This document shows positions 1-9,585 of a DNA stretch of 64,000 nucleotides, one piece after another (positions within the stretch are counted from its first letter, which is position 1; every line of letters starts with the position of its first letter). A program made the position numbers and the translations under genes. The stretch is from Candidatus Saccharimonadota bacterium (GTDB lineage: Bacteria; Patescibacteriota; Saccharimonadia; CAILAD01; BJGX01): NCBI GenBank assembly GCA_046350735.1, contig JAXLZU010000001.1, forward strand, positions 307,950 through 371,949, in the 5' to 3' direction. The notes beneath the pieces were generated by a model. It saw only the letters and a program-made list of their open reading frames with translations. It was not told the DNA's origin and did not search any database.

Positions 1-1167
1 ATGTTTCTAACAGCCGGTGTGCCAACTACTGCAGCCAGTAAAATTCTAAAAAACTTTGTTCCCCCACACTCTGCGACGGTAATAGATAAGCTAAAATCGG
101 CTGGTGCGATAGTAATTGCAAAGGTTAATCAAGATGAATTTGCCCATGGTGGTAGTACCGAAAATTCTGCTTACAAAAAAACTGCTAACCCATGGAATAG
201 AAACCATGTACCAGGGGGTAGTAGTGGCGGGAGTGCTGCAGCGGTAGCGGCCGACTTTGGTATTTTTAGTCTGGGCACAGATACCGGTGGTTCTATCCGT
301 CAACCTGCTAGTTATTGTGGAGTAACAGGCCTCAAGCCCACTTATGGTCGAGTAAGTCGGTATGGCGTGGTAGCGATGGCTAGCAGTTTTGACTGTATTG
401 GCCCATTAGCACGCAGCGCAGAAGATGCAGAGATAGTACTCAAAGCAATAGAGGGCAGGGATGTAATGGACTCGACAACTATACCTCCTAATTTTAAGGC
501 CAATCATTCGGGTCAATACAAAGTTGGTATTGCAGCAGGGTATACAGACAATATTGTTATGGATGCAATTAGGCAGCATTATCCTAACACAGCAGAAGTA
601 GAATTACCAAGTGGTGAGCTTGCCTTGGCTGCATATTATGTACTTGTGCCTTCAGAAATTAGTAGTAATTTAGAACGATATGATGGTATTCGTTATGGCG
701 CACGCTCTAAAGCTACCAACCTAAATGATACCTATACCAAAACCCGGGATGAATTTTTTGGACCAGAAGTAAAGCGTCGAAATATGATTGGAACATATTC
801 ACTCTCGGCCGGGTATTATGACGCCTATTATGAGAAAGCTATGCGTGTACGAACAGTGTTGCGTGAGCAATTTAATACTGCCTTTGAAGCTTGTGATGTT
901 ATTGTTACACCTACCACACTAGGGCCGGCTTTTGCTTTTGGTGCCAAGGCAGACCCACTAAATATGTACAAAGAAGATATCTTAACAGTATCGAGTAACT
1001 TGGCTGGCCTACCTGCTATTAGCATACCGGCAGGTTTTGACGAGGCAACTAAGCTACCACTCGGCTTACAAATAATTGGTCGCCAGGGCGATGATGCAAC
1101 GGTGTTAGAAATTGCCAAACAAATTCAAGCCAAAACAGACTGGCACCAGAGGAGACCAAAACTATGA
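1..1167 (+). CDS. gatA: Glu-tRNA(Gln)/Asp-tRNA(Asn) amidotransferase subunit A (5' end truncated by window edge)
   Basis: Amidase-signature Gly/Ser-rich stretch GGSSGGSAAAVAA in the translation; ends in ATGA overlap with the next ORF; followed by gatB. Confidence 0.9.
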   Translation: MFLTAGVPTTAASKILKNFVPPHSATVIDKLKSAGAIVIAKVNQDEFAHGGSTENSAYKKTANPWNRNHVPGGSSGGSAAAVAADFGIFSLGTDTGGSIRQPASYCGVTGLKPTYGRVSRYGVVAMASSFDCIGPLARSAEDAEIVLKAIEGRDVMDSTTIPPNFKANHSGQYKVGIAAGYTDNIVMDAIRQHYPNTAEVELPSGELALAAYYVLVPSEISSNLERYDGIRYGARSKATNLNDTYTKTRDEFFGPEVKRRNMIGTYSLSAGYYDAYYEKAMRVRTVLREQFNTAFEACDVIVTPTTLGPAFAFGAKADPLNMYKEDILTVSSNLAGLPAISIPAGFDEATKLPLGLQIIGRQGDDATVLEIAKQIQAKTDWHQRRPKL

Positions 1168-1634
1168 GTTATATTTCGTTAATTATCGCGGTGATAGTAA
1201 TAAGCGTGCTTATTTATTTTCTTATGAAGAGTAAAGCGAGCGACAAACGAGTGTTTAACCCAGATAAAATGAACCGCACAAGCTCGCAAGACAATTCTGT
1301 AACTTCTGGAGTTAACGTTGAACTTGTAAAAACCAAGTGGAGCGAAATTAGTGCCATGCAAAACTCTGGCGCAGCCGGCTTAAAGAATGCACTAATAGAA
1401 GCCGATAAGTTGCTCGACTACGTAATGATACAAAAAGGCTTTAGTGGAGAGACCATGGGAGAGCGCCTAAAGAGTGGCGGCTCGGCATTTAGTAATCTTA
1501 ATGCTATTTGGGCAGCACATAAACTCCGCAACCAAATGGCTCATGAGATAGAGCACGATGTAGTAGCTACTCAGTTTAAGCAAGCTATTACTGATCTTGG
1601 GCAGGGTATACGAGATTTGGGAGTTAGTTTGTAG
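1164..1634 (+). CDS. hypothetical membrane-anchored protein (N-terminal TM helix) translationally coupled between gatA and gatB
   Basis: 156-aa ORF; ATGA overlap with gatA stop; its TAG stop overlaps the GTG start of gatB; hydrophobic N-terminus. Confidence 0.5.
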   Translation: MSYISLIIAVIVISVLIYFLMKSKASDKRVFNPDKMNRTSSQDNSVTSGVNVELVKTKWSEISAMQNSGAAGLKNALIEADKLLDYVMIQKGFSGETMGERLKSGGSAFSNLNAIWAAHKLRNQMAHEIEHDVVATQFKQAITDLGQGIRDLGVSL

Positions 1635-3073
1635 TGGCAAAACAGTATACGCCTACCATTGGTATAGAAATTCACGTACAGCTCGCTACCAAGACCAAAA
1701 TGTTTTGTGCGTGCGATAATAACAGTAGAAGTGCCAAGCCTAATACTAATGTTTGTCCGGTCTGTATGGCTTTTCCGGGTAGTTTGCCCGTAGTTAATAA
1801 AGGCGCTATAGAACTTGCAATAAAGCTAGGGTATGGACTAAATGCTGAGATAGCCAAGACTACTAGCTTTGATCGTAAAAATTATTTTTATCCAGATAGT
1901 CCAAAAGGTTACCAAATTACACAGATGAGAGAGCCAATAATTGGTGAGGGGCATATAGAAATTCTCGTTGATAACGAATTTAAGAAAATTGGTATTCATC
2001 ATGCACACCTAGAAGAAGATGCAGGTAAGTCTACACATCCGGCTGGCAAAGATTATAGCTTGGTAGATTTTAATCGTGCTGGAACACCACTAGTAGAGAT
2101 TGTTTCGGAGCCAGATATGCATAGCCCAACCGAGGCCAAACGTTACCTGCAAGAGGTATATGCCATTGCTACTACACTGGGTGTAAGCGATGGTGATATG
2201 GAGCATGGTAATTTTAAATTCGATCTTAATGTTTCGGTAAGTAACAGTAATGAGCTAGGTACACGCACCGAGCTGAAAAATCTTAACTCATTTAGGAATG
2301 CCGAACGTGCCCTAAACTATGAGATTGCAAGACAAATAGAAGTATTAGAGAGTGGTGAAAAAGTAGTACAAGAAACACGCGGCTGGAATGACGCCAAGGG
2401 CAAAACTGTTCCTCAACGCACAAAAGAAGAAGCTAATGACTATCGATACTTCCCCGAGCCAGATATTCCGCCTATTAATATAGACAAAGAGTTTATTAAT
2501 AGCATTCAAACAGAAGCAAAGAAAGAAGTGTTACCAATTACGGTTCGTCGCGAACTGCTAAATCTAGGTCTAAATACCGATGAGCAAGATATTTTGGTAG
2601 GGCAAACCAAAACCCGAACTATCTTTTATGATGCCAAAAATGTACTGAATAATAGCAAGCTAGAACGTAAGATTGTTAATTGGTTGGTTGGTGACTATCA
2701 GGCGTGGAAGAGCGAAAATAGCGAGGCCAACTCAAAACTGACCGGTCAACATTTGGCAGAGTTAATTTCTTTAATAGAAGAAGGCACTATTTCTTCTAAA
2801 ACAGCCAAAGAAATATTTGCTGATGTTATTGCTGGGCAAAAACCAGCAGAAATTATTCAAGCAAAAGGGCTTACCCAGATGAGTGACGACTCAGAGCTCG
2901 AATCAATTATTACTGGTATTATTGCTAAAAACCCCCAGGCTGTTGCAGATTATAAGTCGGGCAACGAAAAAGCTGCAGGATTTTTTGTGGGTCAGGTAAT
3001 GGCGGCTACAAAAGGTCAGGCAAATCCGGGCAAGGCCAATGCGCTTGTGCTAAAATTATTACAAGAGCAGTAA
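1634..3073 (+). CDS. gatB: Glu-tRNA(Gln)/Asp-tRNA(Asn) amidotransferase subunit B
   Basis: N-terminal IGIEIHVQL...CPVCMAFPGSLPVVNKGA motif typical of GatB; 479 aa; GTG start. Confidence 0.92.
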   Translation: MAKQYTPTIGIEIHVQLATKTKMFCACDNNSRSAKPNTNVCPVCMAFPGSLPVVNKGAIELAIKLGYGLNAEIAKTTSFDRKNYFYPDSPKGYQITQMREPIIGEGHIEILVDNEFKKIGIHHAHLEEDAGKSTHPAGKDYSLVDFNRAGTPLVEIVSEPDMHSPTEAKRYLQEVYAIATTLGVSDGDMEHGNFKFDLNVSVSNSNELGTRTELKNLNSFRNAERALNYEIARQIEVLESGEKVVQETRGWNDAKGKTVPQRTKEEANDYRYFPEPDIPPINIDKEFINSIQTEAKKEVLPITVRRELLNLGLNTDEQDILVGQTKTRTIFYDAKNVLNNSKLERKIVNWLVGDYQAWKSENSEANSKLTGQHLAELISLIEEGTISSKTAKEIFADVIAGQKPAEIIQAKGLTQMSDDSELESIITGIIAKNPQAVADYKSGNEKAAGFFVGQVMAATKGQANPGKANALVLKLLQEQ

Positions 3074-3089
3074 TAATTTCTTACCCCCA

Positions 3090-3716
3090 ATGAATGATTT
3101 TGTAGTAATTAATACCCAGAATGCCATGAACCAGCTTAACACTGGCTTTGTTACCTATGGGCCTCGAATTATTCGTGCAGTGTTGTTTGCTATTGTTGGT
3201 GTTATACTGATACGTTTACTTTCTTATTTATTTGAGAGGGTGTTGGGGTACGTTAAATTTTCTTTTGGTCTCAAAGAAATACTACAAATTATTATCCAGG
3301 GTATTTTGTGGGTATTGCTTGGCATTGGCACACTACAAATTCTTGGCCTAGGTAATATTGCCCTAACTGTAGGTGCTTTAGCGGCGGCATTTTCTTTTGG
3401 TATTTCACAAGGTATATCACCAACTGTTAAAGATTTAGTTTCTGGACTTCAACTAAGTAGCGACCATGACTTTAGGGTGGGAGATAAGGTTATTGTTGGT
3501 ACTAAAGACGAGCGGGCTGAAGGCTATATACTCGAGATGGATGTTAAAAAAACTCGTATTATCGATAAGCATGGCAATTTACATGTGGTACCCAACTCGG
3601 TTGTAGACGAGAATGAGTGGATTTTGCTTGAGCGTGATGAAGCAACATATGAGCATATGCAGAGGGCAGACGTCTTGCAGGCAATACATTACAAGATAAA
3701 TAAACATCATAAATAA
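3090..3716 (+). CDS. small MscS-like mechanosensitive channel family protein
   Basis: TM helices followed by a beta-domain motif resembling the MscS core (DKVIVGTKDERAEGYILEMDVKKTRIIDKHGNLHVVPNS); shorter than canonical MscS. Confidence 0.5.
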   Translation: MNDFVVINTQNAMNQLNTGFVTYGPRIIRAVLFAIVGVILIRLLSYLFERVLGYVKFSFGLKEILQIIIQGILWVLLGIGTLQILGLGNIALTVGALAAAFSFGISQGISPTVKDLVSGLQLSSDHDFRVGDKVIVGTKDERAEGYILEMDVKKTRIIDKHGNLHVVPNSVVDENEWILLERDEATYEHMQRADVLQAIHYKINKHHK

Positions 3717-3780
3717 TTTTTACATACTTCTTTACAAGTGGTAGTATAAAGATATACTTAACATTTGCGAGGAGCTTTTT

Positions 3781-4053
3781 ATGAACACACTACTTATTGT
3801 ATTGATTACGCTAGTTTCGGTGGCATTAATAATTCTTATTATTTATACTGTTGTATTCTTAGTACTGCTTGTTAAAGCACTTAAGCAAGTTCGTTTGGCT
3901 GCCAATAAGGTGCAAGAAAGTGCTGACCAAGCATCAGAATTGGTCGATGAAGTACGCAGAACAGTGGTTAACCCAGGAATTATTGCGATGATGATAGAAA
4001 AGTATTTACACAAGGCTAGTAAACGTTCGCGAAAGGGGAAAAGTGATGAGTAA
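3781..4053 (+). CDS. small hypothetical membrane protein
   Basis: 90-aa ORF with one hydrophobic helix and a basic C-terminus. Confidence 0.4.
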   Translation: MNTLLIVLITLVSVALIILIIYTVVFLVLLVKALKQVRLAANKVQESADQASELVDEVRRTVVNPGIIAMMIEKYLHKASKRSRKGKSDE

Positions 4054-4525
4054 AGAAAAAGGCTTTTTTAAGGGAGTAATTATTGGCGGCCTTGTCGCTG
4101 GTACGGCAGCATTATTGTTTGCCCCTAAGAGCGGTAAAGAAACTCGCGAAGACCTAAAGAAACGCTGCGAAGAGTCTCGCGCCGAATTGCAGGCCAAGAT
4201 TAATACTGCCAAAAAAACTGGCGATAAAGTTACCAAAGAAAAGATAGAGCAGGCCGAAAAACTTGCTGCCGAGCTTTCTCGCAAAAGCGCCGAACTCTCA
4301 AAGTCTTCTAAAAAGGTAGGTAAAGTTGCTGCTGAAGAGACCAAGGTGTTAACAAAGCAGGCAGCCGAGCTTGCACTAGAATTGGCAGAATCTTCTAAAA
4401 AAATTTATGCCACCGGTAAAAAAGAAGCTGCTCGTATGCAACGGGCAAGCGCGCGCGCAGCCGAAAAAAGCAAAGCCGAAATGGCCAAAGCTACTAAATC
4501 TGTCACTAAGTCTGCTAAGAAATAA
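4043..4525 (+). CDS. YtxH-domain (DUF948-like) protein
   Basis: N-terminal GxxIGGLVAGTAALLFAPKSGKETREDL motif characteristic of the YtxH family, followed by a Lys/Ala/Glu-rich coiled region. Confidence 0.55.
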   Translation: MMSKEKGFFKGVIIGGLVAGTAALLFAPKSGKETREDLKKRCEESRAELQAKINTAKKTGDKVTKEKIEQAEKLAAELSRKSAELSKSSKKVGKVAAEETKVLTKQAAELALELAESSKKIYATGKKEAARMQRASARAAEKSKAEMAKATKSVTKSAKK

Positions 4526-4530
4526 TTTAA

Positions 4531-4788
4531 GTGGTCAACAAACAGTCTCCTGATGCTAATAAAGAAATAATAGCTAGCTTGGGTCTCGAGCAAATTAACG
4601 AGTTGCTTGGTAACAAGAAAAAGTTATGGTGGCTGAATTTTCAGACCGGATTTGTACGTGGGTTTGCTGGCGTGCTCGGTGCAGCAGTAATAATTGTACT
4701 TATCGGGTTTTTGGTAACAGTCTTTGGCGGCCTACCATATATTGGCCATATCTTACAGCAAATTGGTGCTGCAACCCAAGCAAAATAA
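4531..4788 (+). CDS. small hypothetical membrane protein
   Basis: 85-aa ORF with a single TM helix. Confidence 0.4.
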   Translation: MVNKQSPDANKEIIASLGLEQINELLGNKKKLWWLNFQTGFVRGFAGVLGAAVIIVLIGFLVTVFGGLPYIGHILQQIGAATQAK

Positions 4789-4855
4789 TCTTTGCTATTC
4801 ATCCTCGTCACTGGTAAAAGCTATCGTGGTAAAATAGATATACAAATGGAGGGTA

Positions 4856-7800
4856 ATGGCAGACGCTATTAAAGTAGGTGAGAATGAAATAATTAACAAA
4901 GCTCGGTCTGAGAAGGGGTTTGTTGATTTTGTGCATTTACACACCCATACTCATTACAGCTTGCTCGATGGCTTACAAAAAGTACCAGACTTGGTTAATC
5001 ATATAGAAAGTCTTGGTCAGAATGCCTGTGCTATTACCGACCATGGTACGCTTTCTGGCGCAATTGAGTTTTATAAAGCCTGCAAAGAGAAGGGTATTAA
5101 ACCAATAATAGGTATCGAAACCTACGTTGCCCCTCGTACTCATTTAGACAAAAACAGTGCAGAAGATAGAACACCATTTCACCTTACGCTCTTAGCTGAG
5201 AATATGCAGGGCTATAAAAATCTAATGAAGCTAAGTACGATAGCCAATCTAGAAGGGTTTTATTACAAGCCCCGCATAGACCACGATCTGCTCGAGAAGT
5301 ATAAAGAAGGGCTTATTGTACTCTCTGGTTGTGCAGGTGGTGAGCTAGGCAGTAAGATACTCGATAATAATTATGCCGAAGCAAAAAAAACTGCCGAGTG
5401 GTACAAGCGTGTTTTTGGTAAAGAAAATTATTTCTTAGAGCTACAACCCCACACCGAAGAATTTCAACAAAAAGTTAATACTGGCATTAAGAAGATTGCA
5501 AAAGAGCTCGATCTCAAATTGGTAGCTACTGGCGACTCACACTATTCGATATCCGACCAACATTATGCTCACGATATTTTGCTTTGCGTGCAGACGGGCA
5601 GCACAGTGGATGATGTTAAGCGCATGAAACTAGAGATGGATCTTTCGGTAGCACCTGGTAGTCATTTTGCAGAGTTCTTTAAAGACGTGCCAGAAGCAGT
5701 AAGTAATACAGTAACAATTGCCGAGCGTTGCGAGATAGATATAGAGCTAGGGCAAATCTTAATTCCTCGATTCCCCGATGTACCAAAAGGGAAGACCGAA
5801 AAATCACTATTACGAGAAATGGTGTTTGCTGGTGCTGCCAAGCGCTATACTGATTTGCAAGGTGATAACCTTACAGAAGACAAGGTAAAGCCACATTTGC
5901 CGGCAGAGGTATTAGAGCGAATTGAGTTTGAGCTAAAAGTAATTGGCGATATGGGCTATGAGGGTTATATGCTAATTGTGTCAGACCTTATTAATTGGAG
6001 CAAAGACCAAGGTATTGTCTGTGGCCCCGGGCGTGGGTCGGCAGCCGGCAGCATTATTGCTTATGCTACAGCCATTACCGAGCTCGATCCACTAAAGTAC
6101 GATCTTCTATTTGAGCGATTCTTAAATCCCGACCGTATTAGTATGCCAGATATTGATATGGACTACGCCGATGATAGACGAGAAGAAGTAATTAATTATG
6201 CCACTGAAAAATATGGCCAAGAGCGGGTAGCCCAGATAATTACCTTTGGAGTAATGGCTGCCCGTAACGCAGTACGTGATACCGGTCGTGTGCTAGGCTT
6301 ACCGTATGGTGAGGTAGATGCAATTGCTAAAGTAATACCGGCTCCTATTCAGGGTAGGCATGTACCACTAAAAAAATCTATTGTCGACAACCCAGAGCTA
6401 AAGGCAGAGTACACCAATAATCCCAAGGCCAAAGAAGTAATAGATATTGCTATGCAGCTAGAGGGTACTATTCGTAATGCTGGTACTCACGCCGCTGGTG
6501 TCGTAATTGCACCAGAAAATTTAGTAGAATATGTACCGCTTACACGGGCAAGCAAGGGTGGTGTAGCTACTCAGTATTCTATGAACCCTATCGAAGAGCT
6601 AGGTCTACTTAAATTTGATTTTCTTGGCCTTTCTAACCTAACAATTATTAAGAATACACTGCGTATTATTAAGAAGGTGTATGGCAAAGACATCGATGTT
6701 AATGACATTCCTATAGACGATAAAAAGACCTACGAATTATTAAGTAGAGGCGATACCACTGGTGTATTTCAGTTAGAGTCGGCAGGTATGAAGCGCTACA
6801 TTCGAGACCTTAAGCCTGATAGGTTTGAAGATATTATTGCCATGGTGGCATTGTATCGTCCAGGACCAATGCAGTGGATAGAAGACTTTATTAATCGAAA
6901 GCACAACCCTGGCCTTATTACGTATGGTCACCCTAAGATGCAAGATGCTCTAGAGAATACTTATGGCATTATTGTGTATCAAGAACAAGTAATGCAAATT
7001 GCCAAAGATCTTAGTGGCTTTACGGGTGGCCAGGCCGATACGTTACGCAAAGGTATTGGTAAGAAAATTCCCGAAGTAATTGCTAAGATGAAGCAAGAAT
7101 TTGTCGAAGGTGCTATTAAGACCAGCAAGGTAGATGAAAAATTTATTAACGATCTCTGGAAGAGTATCGAAGACTTTGCGGCTTATTGTTTTAACAAAAG
7201 TCATGCTGCGTGTTATGCACTTATTAGTGTGCAGACAGCATACTTAAAGGCGCACTATCCATCAGCATTTATGGCCGCCCTGCTTACCTCAGACCATGAA
7301 AACTTAGACCGTATAGCGATAGAAGTAACAGAGTGTCGTAAGATGGGTATAGAACTATTGCCACCCGACATTAACGAAAGTTTTGCCGAGTTCGCTGTAG
7401 TACCAGAGACTGGCAATATTCGCTTTGGCTTAGGAGCAATAAAAAATGTCGGCTCGGCACCCATTGAGATAATTCTAGAAGCTCGCAAAGAGGGTGGTAA
7501 GTTTCAGAATCTCGAAGATTTTTGCAAGCGTGTAGATGCTAGTGCTATCAACAAAAAAGTAATGGAGTCACTTATAAAGTGTGGTGCCTTTGATGGTATG
7601 GGAGATAGAGATACCTTACTCGAAAGTGTGGAGGTTATTACTGGCTATGCCTCTAGATTGCAAAAAAATGCTCTCAGTGGGCAAATAGATATTTTTGGCT
7701 CAATGGGTAAGCCCGAAGAAACTCCGCCACTCCGCCTCGTACCGCCAAGTGGTAAGGTAGACCCCCGCACACATTTAATGTGGGAGAAAGAACTTATGGG

Positions 7801-8479
7801 CTTGTTTGTTAGTAGCCATCCATTGGATGATTTTCGTAATTATCTAACATCTAAGGCACAAAGTATAACTAAGTTTTCTAAAATGGATGATGGTGCAGAG
7901 ATTACCATTGGTGGAATTGTAACTGGATTACGCCAAATTTATACTCGCAATAACGATGCCATGGCATTTGTGCAGCTCGAAACGCTCGATAGTGATGTAG
8001 AAGTAGTGGTTTTTCCACGCGTTTGGGAAAAGAGTAAAGACCATCTGGCGGTTGATAGCGTAGTACTAATTACCGGCAAGATTAATGCCAAAGACAGAGA
8101 AGGTAAGTTGGTAGACGAGCTTAAAGTTTTGGCCGATAGCGTTAAGCCCACAGTAGCTGAGACAGCACGTATGTTTCCGCCACCAGAACAGACTATTGAG
8201 GGTGCAGTTGCACAAGAAGATTTGCCTAATGAAAATATTGAGAGTATTACTATTAGCTTGCAGTCTACTACAGAGGGCGAGAAACTCTTACTTATTAAGC
8301 GACACCTAGAAGCCCACAAAGGCAGTGTGCCAATTATGCTATATTTTGCAGCAACATCGCAAAACCTACGCTTGCCTGGCGGTATTGATGGGTCAGAGAG
8401 TTTAATTGCCGGGCTAATAGAGATAGTTGGTGAGAGTAATGTGGTTATCAAAAAGAAACCCACACCAGTGTCTTCTTAA
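4856..8479 (+). CDS. dnaE: DNA polymerase III alpha subunit
   Basis: PHP-domain start HLHTHTHYSLLDG; 1207 aa; polymerase core motifs; RBS GGAGGG upstream. Confidence 0.95.
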   Translation: MADAIKVGENEIINKARSEKGFVDFVHLHTHTHYSLLDGLQKVPDLVNHIESLGQNACAITDHGTLSGAIEFYKACKEKGIKPIIGIETYVAPRTHLDKNSAEDRTPFHLTLLAENMQGYKNLMKLSTIANLEGFYYKPRIDHDLLEKYKEGLIVLSGCAGGELGSKILDNNYAEAKKTAEWYKRVFGKENYFLELQPHTEEFQQKVNTGIKKIAKELDLKLVATGDSHYSISDQHYAHDILLCVQTGSTVDDVKRMKLEMDLSVAPGSHFAEFFKDVPEAVSNTVTIAERCEIDIELGQILIPRFPDVPKGKTEKSLLREMVFAGAAKRYTDLQGDNLTEDKVKPHLPAEVLERIEFELKVIGDMGYEGYMLIVSDLINWSKDQGIVCGPGRGSAAGSIIAYATAITELDPLKYDLLFERFLNPDRISMPDIDMDYADDRREEVINYATEKYGQERVAQIITFGVMAARNAVRDTGRVLGLPYGEVDAIAKVIPAPIQGRHVPLKKSIVDNPELKAEYTNNPKAKEVIDIAMQLEGTIRNAGTHAAGVVIAPENLVEYVPLTRASKGGVATQYSMNPIEELGLLKFDFLGLSNLTIIKNTLRIIKKVYGKDIDVNDIPIDDKKTYELLSRGDTTGVFQLESAGMKRYIRDLKPDRFEDIIAMVALYRPGPMQWIEDFINRKHNPGLITYGHPKMQDALENTYGIIVYQEQVMQIAKDLSGFTGGQADTLRKGIGKKIPEVIAKMKQEFVEGAIKTSKVDEKFINDLWKSIEDFAAYCFNKSHAACYALISVQTAYLKAHYPSAFMAALLTSDHENLDRIAIEVTECRKMGIELLPPDINESFAEFAVVPETGNIRFGLGAIKNVGSAPIEIILEARKEGGKFQNLEDFCKRVDASAINKKVMESLIKCGAFDGMGDRDTLLESVEVITGYASRLQKNALSGQIDIFGSMGKPEETPPLRLVPPSGKVDPRTHLMWEKELMGLFVSSHPLDDFRNYLTSKAQSITKFSKMDDGAEITIGGIVTGLRQIYTRNNDAMAFVQLETLDSDVEVVVFPRVWEKSKDHLAVDSVVLITGKINAKDREGKLVDELKVLADSVKPTVAETARMFPPPEQTIEGAVAQEDLPNENIESITISLQSTTEGEKLLLIKRHLEAHKGSVPIMLYFAATSQNLRLPGGIDGSESLIAGLIEIVGESNVVIKKKPTPVSS

Positions 8480-8481
8480 AT

Positions 8482-8513
8482 AAAAAAACCGAAGCATTAG
8501 CTTCGGTAAAAAC
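8482..8513. terminator. bidirectional intrinsic terminator (A-tract, CCGAAGC/GCTTCGG hairpin, T-tract on the minus strand)
   Basis: Perfect 7-bp GC-containing hairpin between dnaE (plus) and the convergent minus-strand gene ending at 8517. Confidence 0.7.
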
Positions 8514-8516
8514 AAA

Positions 8517-8951
8517 TTAGTATCTGATCAGACGAGTGCGCAAGGTGTGAGCATCTTTTTGCAAACGAGCAATCTTGGCTCGCAGTGCTTCGATTTCGGC
8601 TTCAGCCTTTTGCTTTCTAATTACATAAGATTCGATAGTAGAAGCGCTTAGGCTTTCGTCGCGGAGTTGATCGGCAAACTGACGGTGACGTGCATGTAAC
8701 AACTCGAAATCGTTCTGTGCTTGCACCAGATCGGCCTCGATGCGTGCAAGTGCACGCTGGCGCCTGGCTTGCTTGCCGCGGGTAAGAAGATGTGTTCTGT
8801 ATGCCGCAGCCTGTCTACCAAGATCGGGGTCGTCATTATCAACAAAGGCATATCTATCATGCGCGGCCATCGGTTGCTCCTTTGCGGATGCGAGGTGCTT
8901 GTCGGGGAGATCCCGCCACAAACTTCGATTCGCCAACTTGCGGACTATCAA
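8517..8951 (-). CDS. hypothetical coiled-coil protein (GC-rich gene)
   Basis: 144-aa ORF; heptad-like C-terminus IEALRAKIARLQKDAHTLRTRL; G+C much higher than neighbours; the true start may be an internal Met. Confidence 0.4.
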   Translation of the reverse strand: MIVRKLANRSLWRDLPDKHLASAKEQPMAAHDRYAFVDNDDPDLGRQAAAYRTHLLTRGKQARRQRALARIEADLVQAQNDFELLHARHRQFADQLRDESLSASTIESYVIRKQKAEAEIEALRAKIARLQKDAHTLRTRLIRY

Positions 8952-8999
8952 AATTTCTGGTGGTGCTGCGATGTATCCCTCGCAGCGGGGGGTAATAAA

Positions 9000-9419
9000 T
9001 TAAGCCACCTCAGGAACGAGACGCTCACCCTTCTGGATGAGATCCTTGTTGCTGAGAACACGACCGTCACCAAAGCGTGGAAGCCAGCCGAAGTAGGTAA
9101 TGGCATCTAGGCTGTTGCGAAACAGCCAGTACACCACCACGGTATCCGCTGCATCGGCCACATAGTGGGCGTTACGCTCGAGAGCATAACGCTTGGCATC
9201 GTCATCCACCTTGCGACTAATGACGCTGCAGTAGTAGCGCCACTCTCGGTCGCTGTCGCGCAGACGAAATGCGGCTTGTACCAAGATGATCTCACCCTGG
9301 TAAACGAAGATCATACCCGGCTTAAAGCGAAGCTTTGGTGGCTTTATCTTGCTCTCATCCACCCACATCATGGCGTTGTGGTGAGAGTGAGGAACAGCAA
9401 CTTGCTTTCCTTGGTTCAT
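9000..9419 (-). CDS. hypothetical protein (GC-rich gene)
   Basis: 139-aa ORF preceded by a GAGGAGAG RBS; no recognisable domain. Confidence 0.45.
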   Translation of the reverse strand: MNQGKQVAVPHSHHNAMMWVDESKIKPPKLRFKPGMIFVYQGEIILVQAAFRLRDSDREWRYYCSVISRKVDDDAKRYALERNAHYVADAADTVVVYWLFRNSLDAITYFGWLPRFGDGRVLSNKDLIQKGERLVPEVA

Positions 9420-9585
9420 CTCATACTCTCCTCAAGGGTGCGAACTGTCTTCTCGATTGAGAACCATAGTATTGTATCAGAAAAACACCAAAAAGTCAAT
9501 TATATTAAAACAATTTTTATGTTGCTGCGCTATGTGGGTAAATACTCTTGCCAGAGTTTACCAGATGTGCTACACTATTTGGGTT

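Noticed and set aside
7939-8463. 174-aa minus-strand ORF inside dnaE (and similar antisense ORFs inside clpC 15639-16091, radA 18673-19236, tuf 56551-57036, fusA 53947-54585, rpoB/rpoC 42537-42968)
   Set aside because: Each is fully embedded in a confidently identified conserved gene on the opposite strand and has low-complexity or Ser/Thr-rich composition typical of antisense frames. No RBS or independent signal.
8648-9110. Multiple overlapping plus-strand ORFs (8721-9110, 8740-9003, 8792-8995) opposite the GC-rich minus-strand genes
   Set aside because: These are artefacts of high G+C. The minus-strand ORFs have RBSs and more protein-like sequence, although coding status of this patch is not fully certain.
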